A stretch of DNA of 64,000 bases from contig JAGWLG010000002.1 in assembly GCA_028864975.1 (NCBI GenBank), forward strand, positions 125,481 to 189,480. Direction: 5' to 3'. The notes beneath the pieces were generated by a model. The model was not told the origin of the DNA. It was given only the letters and a program-made list of their open reading frames with translations, and searched no databases. Positions 47,045 to 55,477 of this stretch are shown here, one piece after another. Source of the DNA: Thermoplasmata archaeon. GTDB lineage: Archaea > Thermoplasmatota > Thermoplasmata > Lutacidiplasmatales > UBA184. The position numbers were made by a program, and so were the translations under genes. Within the stretch, counting starts at the first letter, position 1, and each line of letters opens with the position of its first letter.

Positions 47045-50000
47045 ATGTCCGCTTCGAGAAGAAACGCCCCCAACGCCCAACTGCTGTTGCTGACCGTGCT
47101 GATGCCCTTGGCCCTGCTGGCCACCGTCCTCCTCCCCGGAGGAGGGGTCGGCTCCGGTCCGCTCGGTACCACGCCGCCGCCAACTTCGGGGACCGCTCCG
47201 CCCCAGACCCCCCATCCCGGCGCCGCTCCCCACACCATGGACGGCTCGTACGCGACCATGTCCGTCGACCCGTCGACCAGCGCGCTCGTCATGGGGGGGA
47301 CGGAGGAGCTTACGGCACAGATCTCCCCCGGAGAGGGCGTCGGGGAGGTGGGGATCTTCTCCGTTTCGTGGTCGCTCCCTTCCAACGCGCCCGGCTACCT
47401 TGGTACATCGGACACCACGACCGCTCCGTTCTATGCCTCCCCCGTCGTAACCCCGACCACGACCGTGGTCTCGGTGCAGGCCACCGGCTACGTGGTCCCC
47501 ATCATCCTCGGAGAATGGTTCACGGTCGACGCCACCGCCGCGGTCACCGTGGTGCCGCCTCTCTCCGCCTCGGCCCTCTTGCCGAACCCCGACCCCGCGG
47601 CCCCGGGAGAGTCCATTTCGCTCACGTCGGAGGTCTCGGGGGGGCTCCCGCCGTTCACCCTCTCGTTCGTGTTCGGAGACGGGAGCAGCGCAACCCTCGA
47701 TCAGTCGAACGATGGGAAGGCGACCATCTCGCACTCCTATGCCGCCGGCACGTTCTCGCCCACCGCACAGGTCGCTGATGGATTGGGCGACCACGCGGTC
47801 ACCTCCGCCTTGAGCTCGGTCGTCGTGACCGCCCATCTTGGGGCCGCGATCCTCCCCCCATCCGGCGCGGACCGTGGCACGGCCACGACCTTCCGTGCGA
47901 GCGTCGGGGGCGGAAGCGCACCCTACTCCTTCCTCTGGTCGGACTCGTGGGGGGACAGCTCCTACTCCTCCGGCGCATGGACCCTCGCGCCCTCGCGCGT
48001 TGGTCCGCTCACCGTTCAGCTCTCCGTCTCGGACGCGGACGGCCAAGTGACGGTCGCTCCGTCGGTGACCGTACAAGTGGCGGCGCCCCCTTCGGTCGCC
48101 CTCTCCTCCGCGGTGCCCGAGGCCGATGCGGGCACGCCCTTCCCCCTCCTCGTGGATGTCGAGGGAGGGACGGCGCCCTTCGAGCTCGTCTGGGACCCCG
48201 GAGAGGGCGTAGGGAGCCTCGCGACGGAGCTTCCCGCCGACGGGACCTTCGCAGAGCCCTACACGTTCTCGGTTCCCGGGTCCCTCTCCGCCAACGCCGA
48301 GGTCATCGACGCCCTCGGGATCTCGTTCAGCACCGAAGCGCAGGTCGGAACGGTGGTCGCCCCCCCTAACGTGGGTCTCAGCGCCTCCCCTGCGGTGCCC
48401 ACCCAGGGTCTACCCTTCGAGCTCACCGCCACGGTGACCGGAGGCATCGCCCCGTACAGTTGGGACTGGGTCTTCGATGGACCGGTCTCCTCCTCAAGCC
48501 CGTTCTCCGGGACCATGGGAACGGCGGGGTCGCTGGTCTGGAACGGGTCGCTCTCCGTGAGCGAAGGGCTCGAGGCGGAGCTGGAGGTCCAAGATGCCTC
48601 CGGAGGCCAGGCCTCGAGCGCGCTCGACCTCCAGGTCCTCGCTCCCCTCACCGCGAGCCTCTCGGTCCAGCCCCTACGAGGAGAGGTCGGGCAACCCCTC
48701 TCGGTCCTTGCGACGTTCACCGGGGGGGAGGGCCCCTACACGCTGACGCTGAGCGCGTCGGATGGAGAGGCGGCCACCAGCACCCCCGAGAACGCTGGGA
48801 CCGCCCTGTTCTCGCTCATTCCTCGGACCCCGGGGAACCTCACCGTCTCGCTCCGGGCGACGGACACCCTCGGGCACGTCTTCGTGAGCTCGACGATCGT
48901 GTCCATCGCCCCCGAGTTCCAAGGGCTGCTGTCGGTGAGCTCGGGCAGTGTCGACGCCGGAGGGCAGATCTCCGCGACGGTCCTGCTGCAAGGCGGCTGG
49001 GCCCCGTTCTCGGGGGTCGTCAGTACCTCCGATGGCCGGGTCTTCCCGTTCCAAGGTCCCTCCCCTTCCTTCACCCTGACCCTGGGGTTCCCCACACGAG
49101 GGTACGTCACCCTCACGGCCATGACGACCGACGCCCTAGGTTCCCCCTCGACCCGGACCGTCGAGGTCTCGGTCAATCCGGCACCGTGGGCGACGCTCGC
49201 CTGCGGCGGGGGACAGACGGACGTCGGCGCTCCGCTCGCGTTCCTTGCGCGGGCGGGCGGGGGGACGGGAGTGTTCCCCAGCGTCACCGTCTCCTATGGC
49301 GACGGGGGCTCGACCACCAGTTGGTCGTCCAGCCACCTGTACGGCAGCGTGGGGACCTTCCTCGCGAACGCGACGGTGACCGACTCGGTCGGTGGCAAGG
49401 CCTCGAGCGCTCCCGAGCTGATCTCCGTGGTACCGGATCCTCAGGCCGCCGCGGAGATGACCCAGGCGGGGGCGGACCAGGGGCTCGCCACCTCGTTCGC
49501 GAGCCAGGTCTCCTTCGGGACTCCCCCCTACTCGTACCTCTGGAACTTCGGGGATGGAGGGGTGAGCGCGCTCTCGGACCCCAGCCATGACTTCGCCCAA
49601 CCCGGGGCCTACCACGTCGCCCTGACCGTGACCGATAGTACCGGTCGTTCGTCCTCGGCTCCGGTGGTGAACGTCAGCGTCGCCGCACCCCCGGCGCTAT
49701 CGGCCTCCGCGAACCGGAGCGAGCTCGAGGTCGGGGCTAGCGGGCTCTTCCAGGCCACGGTCCTGGGCGGGGCCTCCCCCGCGCAGGTGGTCTGGACCTT
49801 CGGGGATGGGTCGGTGGCCACCGGCAGGGTCCTCAACCACACCTACACCTCTCCAGGCTCCTACGACGTTCAGGCCACCCTGACGGACGCCGCCGGAGGC
49901 ACGGCCACCGAGGACCTTGCCCTCGTTGTGGCACCGGCCCTCGCCGCGACCGGCACGTCGATCTCCCCGACCACCGGGGAGGTCGGGGTCCGGAGCCTTC

Positions 50001-52465
50001 TGACCGAGGTTCCCACGGGGGGCGTTGCGCCCTTCTACTTCCAGTGGCAAGCGGGGGGGTTCCAGGGGGGCGGACAAGGACTCTCCTCTTGGGCGGTCTT
50101 CCCGAACGCTTCGGGCCCCTTGTCGGGGACCGTGACGGTCGTGGACGCCGACGGGGCACGGAGCACCGCCGCGTTCACGGTGGAGGTGGCCGCAGCACTA
50201 TCGCTGAACCTGACCTCCGTACCGACCCCACCCGAAGCGACCCGTCCCTTCCAGCTCCTCGCCGGGGTCGCGGGAGGGGTCGCGCCGTTCACCTACTCTT
50301 GGTCGGTGCCGTTCCCCCTCAGCGACCCTGGGAACCGCTCCGCCTGGGACGCGGTGGTGCCGACGGCTGGGGCGATACCCCTCTCGCTGACCGTGGCCGA
50401 TGCCGACGGCCGCATGCTCACCTCGACGACCACCCTGAACATCGCTCCCCAGCTCTCGGTGAGCGTCGACAGCGTGGGGGTCGTCGCGGATGCGGGGGTA
50501 CCGGTCGTGGTCCGAGCCTCGGTCCTCGGTGGGATCGGCCCGGTCCATGCGACGTTCGTCACCCCCTTCGGCACGTTCCCGCTGGGGAGCAGCGTGGTCT
50601 TCCCCACTCCGGGGGTCTTCCCCGTCCAGGTGGTCGCGACCGACAGCATCGGCGCGGTCGCGGTGGCGGAGACCAACCTGAGCGTCGCTCCTCCTCCTGT
50701 CGCCTCGTTCCTTCGCGCCCTCCCTCGGGTCGCGGTCGGCGCGATGGAGAGCTGGCAGGTCTCGGTCCTCGGGGGTTCGGCGCCTTACACCATCACGTGG
50801 AGCGTTCCCGGCGTGGGGACCTCGGAAGGGACGGTGGCGAACTTCACGCTCCCCTCGTCCGGAACGTACCAGGTCGTGGCGGTGGTCCACGACGCCGCCG
50901 GTGCGGTGCTCGCTTTGCGGAGCAATGCCACAGCCCTTCCGGATGACCTCGCACTTGCCGTCAATGCGACACGGACCGAAGGGCTCGCGCCGCTACGCAC
51001 GGACCTCGTGATCTCGGCCATCGGCAATGCGACGCCGGTCGCGGTGACGGTCGAGGTCGACGGGGCCCTCACGGGCACCGTCCACGACCTCGCCGTGGCG
51101 CTCCCCTGGGTGCTTCCCCTTGCCGTCGCCCAACCCGGGATGCACACGGTCAGCGTCCGTGCGACCGATCCCTTGGGGGCTCAGGCCAATGCGACGTTCA
51201 CGGTGGGGGCTTTCGGGGCCTTGTCGGCCCCGTCGATTTCCCCGCTGCCGGCGACGGTGCGGGCCGGTTGTCCCTTGACACTGACCGCGTCAGGCTCGAT
51301 CATGAACGGGACCTGGGTCAGCGGGGAGCAGGTGGGCTGGTCCTGGTGGGGAGAGAACCTCACACAGCAGAGCGAGGGTGTGGCCACGTTCCTCTCGGAC
51401 CGGGCCGGCGCCCACACGGCCGAGGTCTCAGGAACGGTCACCGCCCCGGATGGCACCCTCCTCGAGAACCTCACCACCCCCATCCCGATCGAGGTGCATC
51501 CCGCCGAAGCGATGGCCCTCTCGGTCCTTCCGAACGCGGCCCCCGACCTGGCCGGGACCAACGCGACCGTCCTCCTGGAGGCGAACGACGCCTTCGGCAA
51601 CCTCAACACGAGCTACGCCGGGAACGTCTCGGCCAAGGAGCTCTCGGGCCCCGGGGGGTCCACAGAACTCGCCGAGGGCACCTTCGCCGCAGGTGACCTG
51701 AGCCTGACGCTCCTCTCGACGAAGGCCGGGCTCGCGCGCTACGCCCTCACGACCCCGCTCTCGGGTGGGGGCGTGCTGAACATCCCCTGGCAAGCCAACC
51801 CCTCCAGGGCGGTCCTGCGGCTGCTTTCCTGGGAGCGCATCGGTTCCTCGCTCCTGCTCAACGTGAGCGCGCTCGACGTCTACGGCAACCCGCTCTCGAA
51901 CCTCACGGTCGAGGCGAAGGTCCCCGGGGGTGCTTCGGTCCAGGGGGTCGTCCAGGGAGGGAACGTCTCGCTGCTCCTACCGGGCGCCGCCGGGGCGGCG
52001 GACCTGGAGCTCGTCGGGCCCGATGGCGCGGAGACCATGGTGGTCCTTCCCTCGGGAGGCGACCCTCCCTCGGGGACCGTGAGCTTGCTGTTGGTCGCGG
52101 TCTTCCTGGGGTCGACGCTGGCTACCGGGACCTTCATCGCCTGGAATCGCCGACGCCAGCGGGCCCGACGCGACAAGGCCCGTCGTGCCCAGGAGCCCCC
52201 GACCCTCTCCGAGGCCAAGGGGGCGATGGAGGAGATCATCGAGCATCTTCCGGGAGAGGACCGTGCTTCGTTGCTGATGCTCGCGGAGGAGCACGGGATC
52301 CCTCGGAAGGACGCCGAGGAAGCCCTCATCCTCCTCGAACAGAACCACCAGGCGACGCGGCGGGTCGACAGCGAAGGCATCGAGCGATGGGACCCTCCGG
52401 TCCCGGAGGACATCACCACCGCCGAGACCCCCGCGGACGAGACGTCCCCAAAGGAGGGAGCATGA
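47045..52465 (+). CDS. Giant PKD/Ig-repeat cell-surface protein (1806 aa), first gene of T4SS-like operon
   Basis: N-terminal hydrophobic signal; repeated PKD motifs (FVFGDG, WNFGDG, WTFGDG, GGxxPYxYxW); Big_1-like DAFGN and DVYGN motifs; C-terminal TM at 52085-52144, basic stop-transfer and a cytoplasmic tail. Confidence 0.85.
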   Translation: MSASRRNAPNAQLLLLTVLMPLALLATVLLPGGGVGSGPLGTTPPPTSGTAPPQTPHPGAAPHTMDGSYATMSVDPSTSALVMGGTEELTAQISPGEGVGEVGIFSVSWSLPSNAPGYLGTSDTTTAPFYASPVVTPTTTVVSVQATGYVVPIILGEWFTVDATAAVTVVPPLSASALLPNPDPAAPGESISLTSEVSGGLPPFTLSFVFGDGSSATLDQSNDGKATISHSYAAGTFSPTAQVADGLGDHAVTSALSSVVVTAHLGAAILPPSGADRGTATTFRASVGGGSAPYSFLWSDSWGDSSYSSGAWTLAPSRVGPLTVQLSVSDADGQVTVAPSVTVQVAAPPSVALSSAVPEADAGTPFPLLVDVEGGTAPFELVWDPGEGVGSLATELPADGTFAEPYTFSVPGSLSANAEVIDALGISFSTEAQVGTVVAPPNVGLSASPAVPTQGLPFELTATVTGGIAPYSWDWVFDGPVSSSSPFSGTMGTAGSLVWNGSLSVSEGLEAELEVQDASGGQASSALDLQVLAPLTASLSVQPLRGEVGQPLSVLATFTGGEGPYTLTLSASDGEAATSTPENAGTALFSLIPRTPGNLTVSLRATDTLGHVFVSSTIVSIAPEFQGLLSVSSGSVDAGGQISATVLLQGGWAPFSGVVSTSDGRVFPFQGPSPSFTLTLGFPTRGYVTLTAMTTDALGSPSTRTVEVSVNPAPWATLACGGGQTDVGAPLAFLARAGGGTGVFPSVTVSYGDGGSTTSWSSSHLYGSVGTFLANATVTDSVGGKASSAPELISVVPDPQAAAEMTQAGADQGLATSFASQVSFGTPPYSYLWNFGDGGVSALSDPSHDFAQPGAYHVALTVTDSTGRSSSAPVVNVSVAAPPALSASANRSELEVGASGLFQATVLGGASPAQVVWTFGDGSVATGRVLNHTYTSPGSYDVQATLTDAAGGTATEDLALVVAPALAATGTSISPTTGEVGVRSLLTEVPTGGVAPFYFQWQAGGFQGGGQGLSSWAVFPNASGPLSGTVTVVDADGARSTAAFTVEVAAALSLNLTSVPTPPEATRPFQLLAGVAGGVAPFTYSWSVPFPLSDPGNRSAWDAVVPTAGAIPLSLTVADADGRMLTSTTTLNIAPQLSVSVDSVGVVADAGVPVVVRASVLGGIGPVHATFVTPFGTFPLGSSVVFPTPGVFPVQVVATDSIGAVAVAETNLSVAPPPVASFLRALPRVAVGAMESWQVSVLGGSAPYTITWSVPGVGTSEGTVANFTLPSSGTYQVVAVVHDAAGAVLALRSNATALPDDLALAVNATRTEGLAPLRTDLVISAIGNATPVAVTVEVDGALTGTVHDLAVALPWVLPLAVAQPGMHTVSVRATDPLGAQANATFTVGAFGALSAPSISPLPATVRAGCPLTLTASGSIMNGTWVSGEQVGWSWWGENLTQQSEGVATFLSDRAGAHTAEVSGTVTAPDGTLLENLTTPIPIEVHPAEAMALSVLPNAAPDLAGTNATVLLEANDAFGNLNTSYAGNVSAKELSGPGGSTELAEGTFAAGDLSLTLLSTKAGLARYALTTPLSGGGVLNIPWQANPSRAVLRLLSWERIGSSLLLNVSALDVYGNPLSNLTVEAKVPGGASVQGVVQGGNVSLLLPGAAGAADLELVGPDGAETMVVLPSGGDPPSGTVSLLLVAVFLGSTLATGTFIAWNRRRQRARRDKARRAQEPPTLSEAKGAMEEIIEHLPGEDRASLLMLAEEHGIPRKDAEEALILLEQNHQATRRVDSEGIERWDPPVPEDITTAETPADETSPKEGA

Positions 52466-52929
52466 GGACACGGGCAGCGCACGGGTCCCCCCGCGCTTGG
52501 GGGGGCCCTCCCGCGGGCTTCCTCGTCGGCCTACCGGTCCTCGTGCTCCTGGGCGCCCTGTGGCTCGTTGTGCCGCCGGGGTCGTCGAGCCCGGCTCACG
52601 CGACCGCCGCCTTCCCAGCGGAGGCCCTCCAGGATGAGGCCTCTTCTGTCGGCGGGCATGGACGAGTCGCGATCTCGGCGGCGACGAACGCCACAGGGAA
52701 CCTCACGGCCTCGTTGAACCGCGCGGTCCTCCTCGTGGGGATCGCCGCCAGCGGGATCATCACCCTGGTCTGGTCGCGCGTGGCCATCTCTTGGTTCTCC
52801 CATGACCCGACCAAGAAGGTCCAGGCGAAGGAGCGGGCGCGCGATGCGCTCGTGGGCAGCATGGTCCTCCTTGCGGCCGTGAGCGGACTCGCGTGGGGGC
52901 TCGCCCACTGGGTCCTGACGGGGACGTGA
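52462..52929 (+). CDS. VirB2/TrbC-like (T4SS) pilin
   Basis: Signal peptide ending SPAHA, then two hydrophobic helices separated by SHDPTKKVQAKERARDALVG, the typical T4SS-pilin loop. ATGA overlap with the upstream gene. Confidence 0.75.
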   Translation: MRTRAAHGSPRAWGGPPAGFLVGLPVLVLLGALWLVVPPGSSSPAHATAAFPAEALQDEASSVGGHGRVAISAATNATGNLTASLNRAVLLVGIAASGIITLVWSRVAISWFSHDPTKKVQAKERARDALVGSMVLLAAVSGLAWGLAHWVLTGT

Positions 52930-52980
52930 GGTCTCCCCTCCCGTCCCGCTCCCTCACGTGCCCCCCCCAGGAGACGACCC

Positions 52981-54276
52981 ATGGACTACGGACCGATCGT
53001 CAAGGCCATCCTCTTCGCCATCTTCGGGACCTTGACCGCCGCGGTCACAGTCGTGACGGGGCCCACCTACGACAACCTCTTCGTCCACGAGATGGACCCC
53101 ACGAACGCGTTCGCCGTCTGGCAGGGCGGGAACGTGTTCGCCCAGGCGTCGCTCTTCAGCAACACCCTGCTCGTCGAACTGGTCGACCCGCTCGCGGTCC
53201 TGGTCATCCTGGCCGTGGGGTTCCTCTACCTCGCCCGCGCGGTGCATCCCTCTCCCCGCCTGGCAGGGCTCGCCCCGAAGCTCATCGTGGGGATCCTCCT
53301 CGCGAACCTGGTGCTGCCGATCACCTCCGCCCTCTGGCAGCTCGCGGCGGGGATCTACCCACTCTTCTACGACTACGGCGGAGGGGCCTGGAGGACCTAT
53401 GCGAACCTCGTCGGACCGGGGGCGATCAACCTGTCGTGGGACAACGGGGTCCTGGCCTTCATCGTCTCCTGGGTGCTCTTCAGCATGGTCCTGCTCCTCT
53501 CCTTCCTCATCGCGTTCCGAGGAGCGCTTGTCGCGGTCCTTTTGGTCTTGCTTCCGGTGCTGACGCTGCTCTGGCCCATTCCGGGGGCTTCCTCGGTGGC
53601 CCGAAAGGCCTGGGTCCTGTTCGCCGAGATGGCCGTGCTGCCCTGCTTCGTCGTCGTCCCGCTGGTCCTGGCCGTGGGGTCGACCAGCGTGTTGCTCACG
53701 CTCGGGCTCTTCGCGGCGGCCATCGCCATGCCCCAGTTGCTCTCGGTTTCGGGCTCAGCGATATCGCACGCCGGTTTCCCGAATGCCAGCTTCGCGGTCG
53801 GGAGCGGGTTGATCGAGGGTGCCGGATCCTCGCAAGGGACGGCGAGCGGATTGCTGGCCCGTTCCTCGTCCTCCTTCCGGCAGGCGGCCGCACGCCCCGA
53901 GGACCCCGCCTCCAGCCAGGGTGGGGAGACGTCAGCGTCCTCGGCCCATTCCTCTCGAACCCCCCGACGGTCCGCTTCGACCCCTCGGGGTAGCGGGAGC
54001 ACGTTCGGAAGCGGCGGGCGGGGTGCCCTCGCCGGGCCGGCCGGGCTGGTCCTCTGGGGCATGCAGGAGGGGCTGGGGAGATTGGGGCGAGAGCTGGGAG
54101 CACGCGTCGCCAAGGCCCGGGGCGATACGACAGGGACGAGCCGGAACGGCGATCATGGGCCGGAGCCCTCCAGGCCCACCCCCGCCGTCACGAAGGTCCC
54201 CCATCTCGTGCCCTCCTTCCAGCAACAACTGGGCGACCGAGCGCGGTCCTCGCCTCGGAGGGCGAGCCGGGCATGA
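52981..54276 (+). CDS. VirB6/TrbL-like polytopic membrane protein
   Basis: About 7-8 TM segments; ANLVLPITSALWQL and FRGALVAVLLVLLPVLTLLWPIP..W patterns; Ser/Gly/Ala-rich cytoplasmic tail. Confidence 0.7.
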   Translation: MDYGPIVKAILFAIFGTLTAAVTVVTGPTYDNLFVHEMDPTNAFAVWQGGNVFAQASLFSNTLLVELVDPLAVLVILAVGFLYLARAVHPSPRLAGLAPKLIVGILLANLVLPITSALWQLAAGIYPLFYDYGGGAWRTYANLVGPGAINLSWDNGVLAFIVSWVLFSMVLLLSFLIAFRGALVAVLLVLLPVLTLLWPIPGASSVARKAWVLFAEMAVLPCFVVVPLVLAVGSTSVLLTLGLFAAAIAMPQLLSVSGSAISHAGFPNASFAVGSGLIEGAGSSQGTASGLLARSSSSFRQAAARPEDPASSQGGETSASSAHSSRTPRRSASTPRGSGSTFGSGGRGALAGPAGLVLWGMQEGLGRLGRELGARVAKARGDTTGTSRNGDHGPEPSRPTPAVTKVPHLVPSFQQQLGDRARSSPRRASRA

Positions 54277-55037
54277 ACGAGGACACGGTCCTCCTTCCCG
54301 AGCGGCTCGGCCGTCGGATGTCGGTCGGGCCGTTCCAGGACCCTCGTGACTTCCTGAGGTTCCTCCTGGCGTGCGCCGTAGGGGTGCTTCCCGCAACGCT
54401 CCTCGGGACCTGGGCTTGGCTGCCGTTCGTGGGGCTCGGCGCCCTCCTCACCCTGCTCCGGTTCGAAGAGGAGTCGCTGTGGGTCCTGGTGGACCGACGG
54501 CTCCGGTTCCATGGGAGGTCCTACCGCGACGCGATCGCGCGCTTCCTCCACACCGGCTCCCACCCGGAGGTGTCGCTTCGCGCGGGCCCTTCCCGGAGCA
54601 TGGTGCCACCGCCGGAGGTGTTCGAGCACGACCCTTGGAGCATCTCGGGCCGAACGTCCGGGGAGCTCCTGGAGGAGTCGCGCTCGGTGGTCCGCGACCT
54701 CGCTCTCCTGCACCGAGAGGCGTTCCTCGTTCGTTCCCCTTCGACCTGGAATCTCGCAGGGTTCGTACCGCCCACGGAAGGGCCTCGGGGGAGCGAGGAG
54801 GCGCTGAGGAAGGCCTACATCGATCTCCTAAGGAGCTCGGTCGCGGGGAAGCACCGCGCACGGCTCTTCCTGCTCCTCCCTTCTCGTAGGACGGGCGGAG
54901 CGCCCGATGACGCGGAACGGCGGGCCCGTGAGGTCCTGACGCGAGCGGGGTGGGAGCGACGAGCAGCTCTGCCTCCGGTCCCGCTGACCACCGACCCGCT
55001 CGACCCCGCTCGAGCCGCGCGGAGGACCGGGTCGTGA
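54273..55037 (+). CDS. PrgI/VirB3-like protein with C-terminal soluble extension
   Basis: LPERLGRRMSVGPFQDPRDF plus two TMs plus SLWVLVDRRLRF, as in PrgI. ATGA overlap. Confidence 0.6.
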   Translation: MNEDTVLLPERLGRRMSVGPFQDPRDFLRFLLACAVGVLPATLLGTWAWLPFVGLGALLTLLRFEEESLWVLVDRRLRFHGRSYRDAIARFLHTGSHPEVSLRAGPSRSMVPPPEVFEHDPWSISGRTSGELLEESRSVVRDLALLHREAFLVRSPSTWNLAGFVPPTEGPRGSEEALRKAYIDLLRSSVAGKHRARLFLLLPSRRTGGAPDDAERRAREVLTRAGWERRAALPPVPLTTDPLDPARAARRTGS

Positions 55038-55477
55038 AGCGATACGCGACCCGACCTGCCCCGCCGGTCTCCGCCTTGGGGGGGTTGTCCCTGGCCGACC
55101 TCGAACGGTTCTCGGTCGCGGTGGCGCTCCTCTCCGGGGCATTCGCTCTCGAGGGGCTCGCCCGCGGTGCGACCCCTTCGCTGGTGGTCCTCTGCTGGAC
55201 CCTCTTCCTGCTCGACCCCCAACGTCGCGGGTGGGGGCGGTACTTCGGCGCCGCTTCGCGTGGGCTCACGACGGGGCTCCGGGCCTGGGGCCCCAGTCTT
55301 GCCCTGTGCGCGGGGGGGTGGACCATGGAGCTGCTCCCGGGGGTGCCTCTGGGGGAAGGGACGCGAGAGCTCCTGCTCGCCTTCGTTTCCTGCGGGCTCG
55401 CCTACCTGTTGCTCCCTGGCGACCCGAACGACGCAAGGACCCTGCGCGGCCTCCCGTGGCCCGGCGAGGTCCCATGA
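55034..55477 (+). CDS. Small membrane protein (147 aa) within T4SS-like operon
   Basis: GTGA and ATGA overlaps on both sides; 3-4 hydrophobic segments. Confidence 0.6.
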   Translation: MKRYATRPAPPVSALGGLSLADLERFSVAVALLSGAFALEGLARGATPSLVVLCWTLFLLDPQRRGWGRYFGAASRGLTTGLRAWGPSLALCAGGWTMELLPGVPLGEGTRELLLAFVSCGLAYLLLPGDPNDARTLRGLPWPGEVP

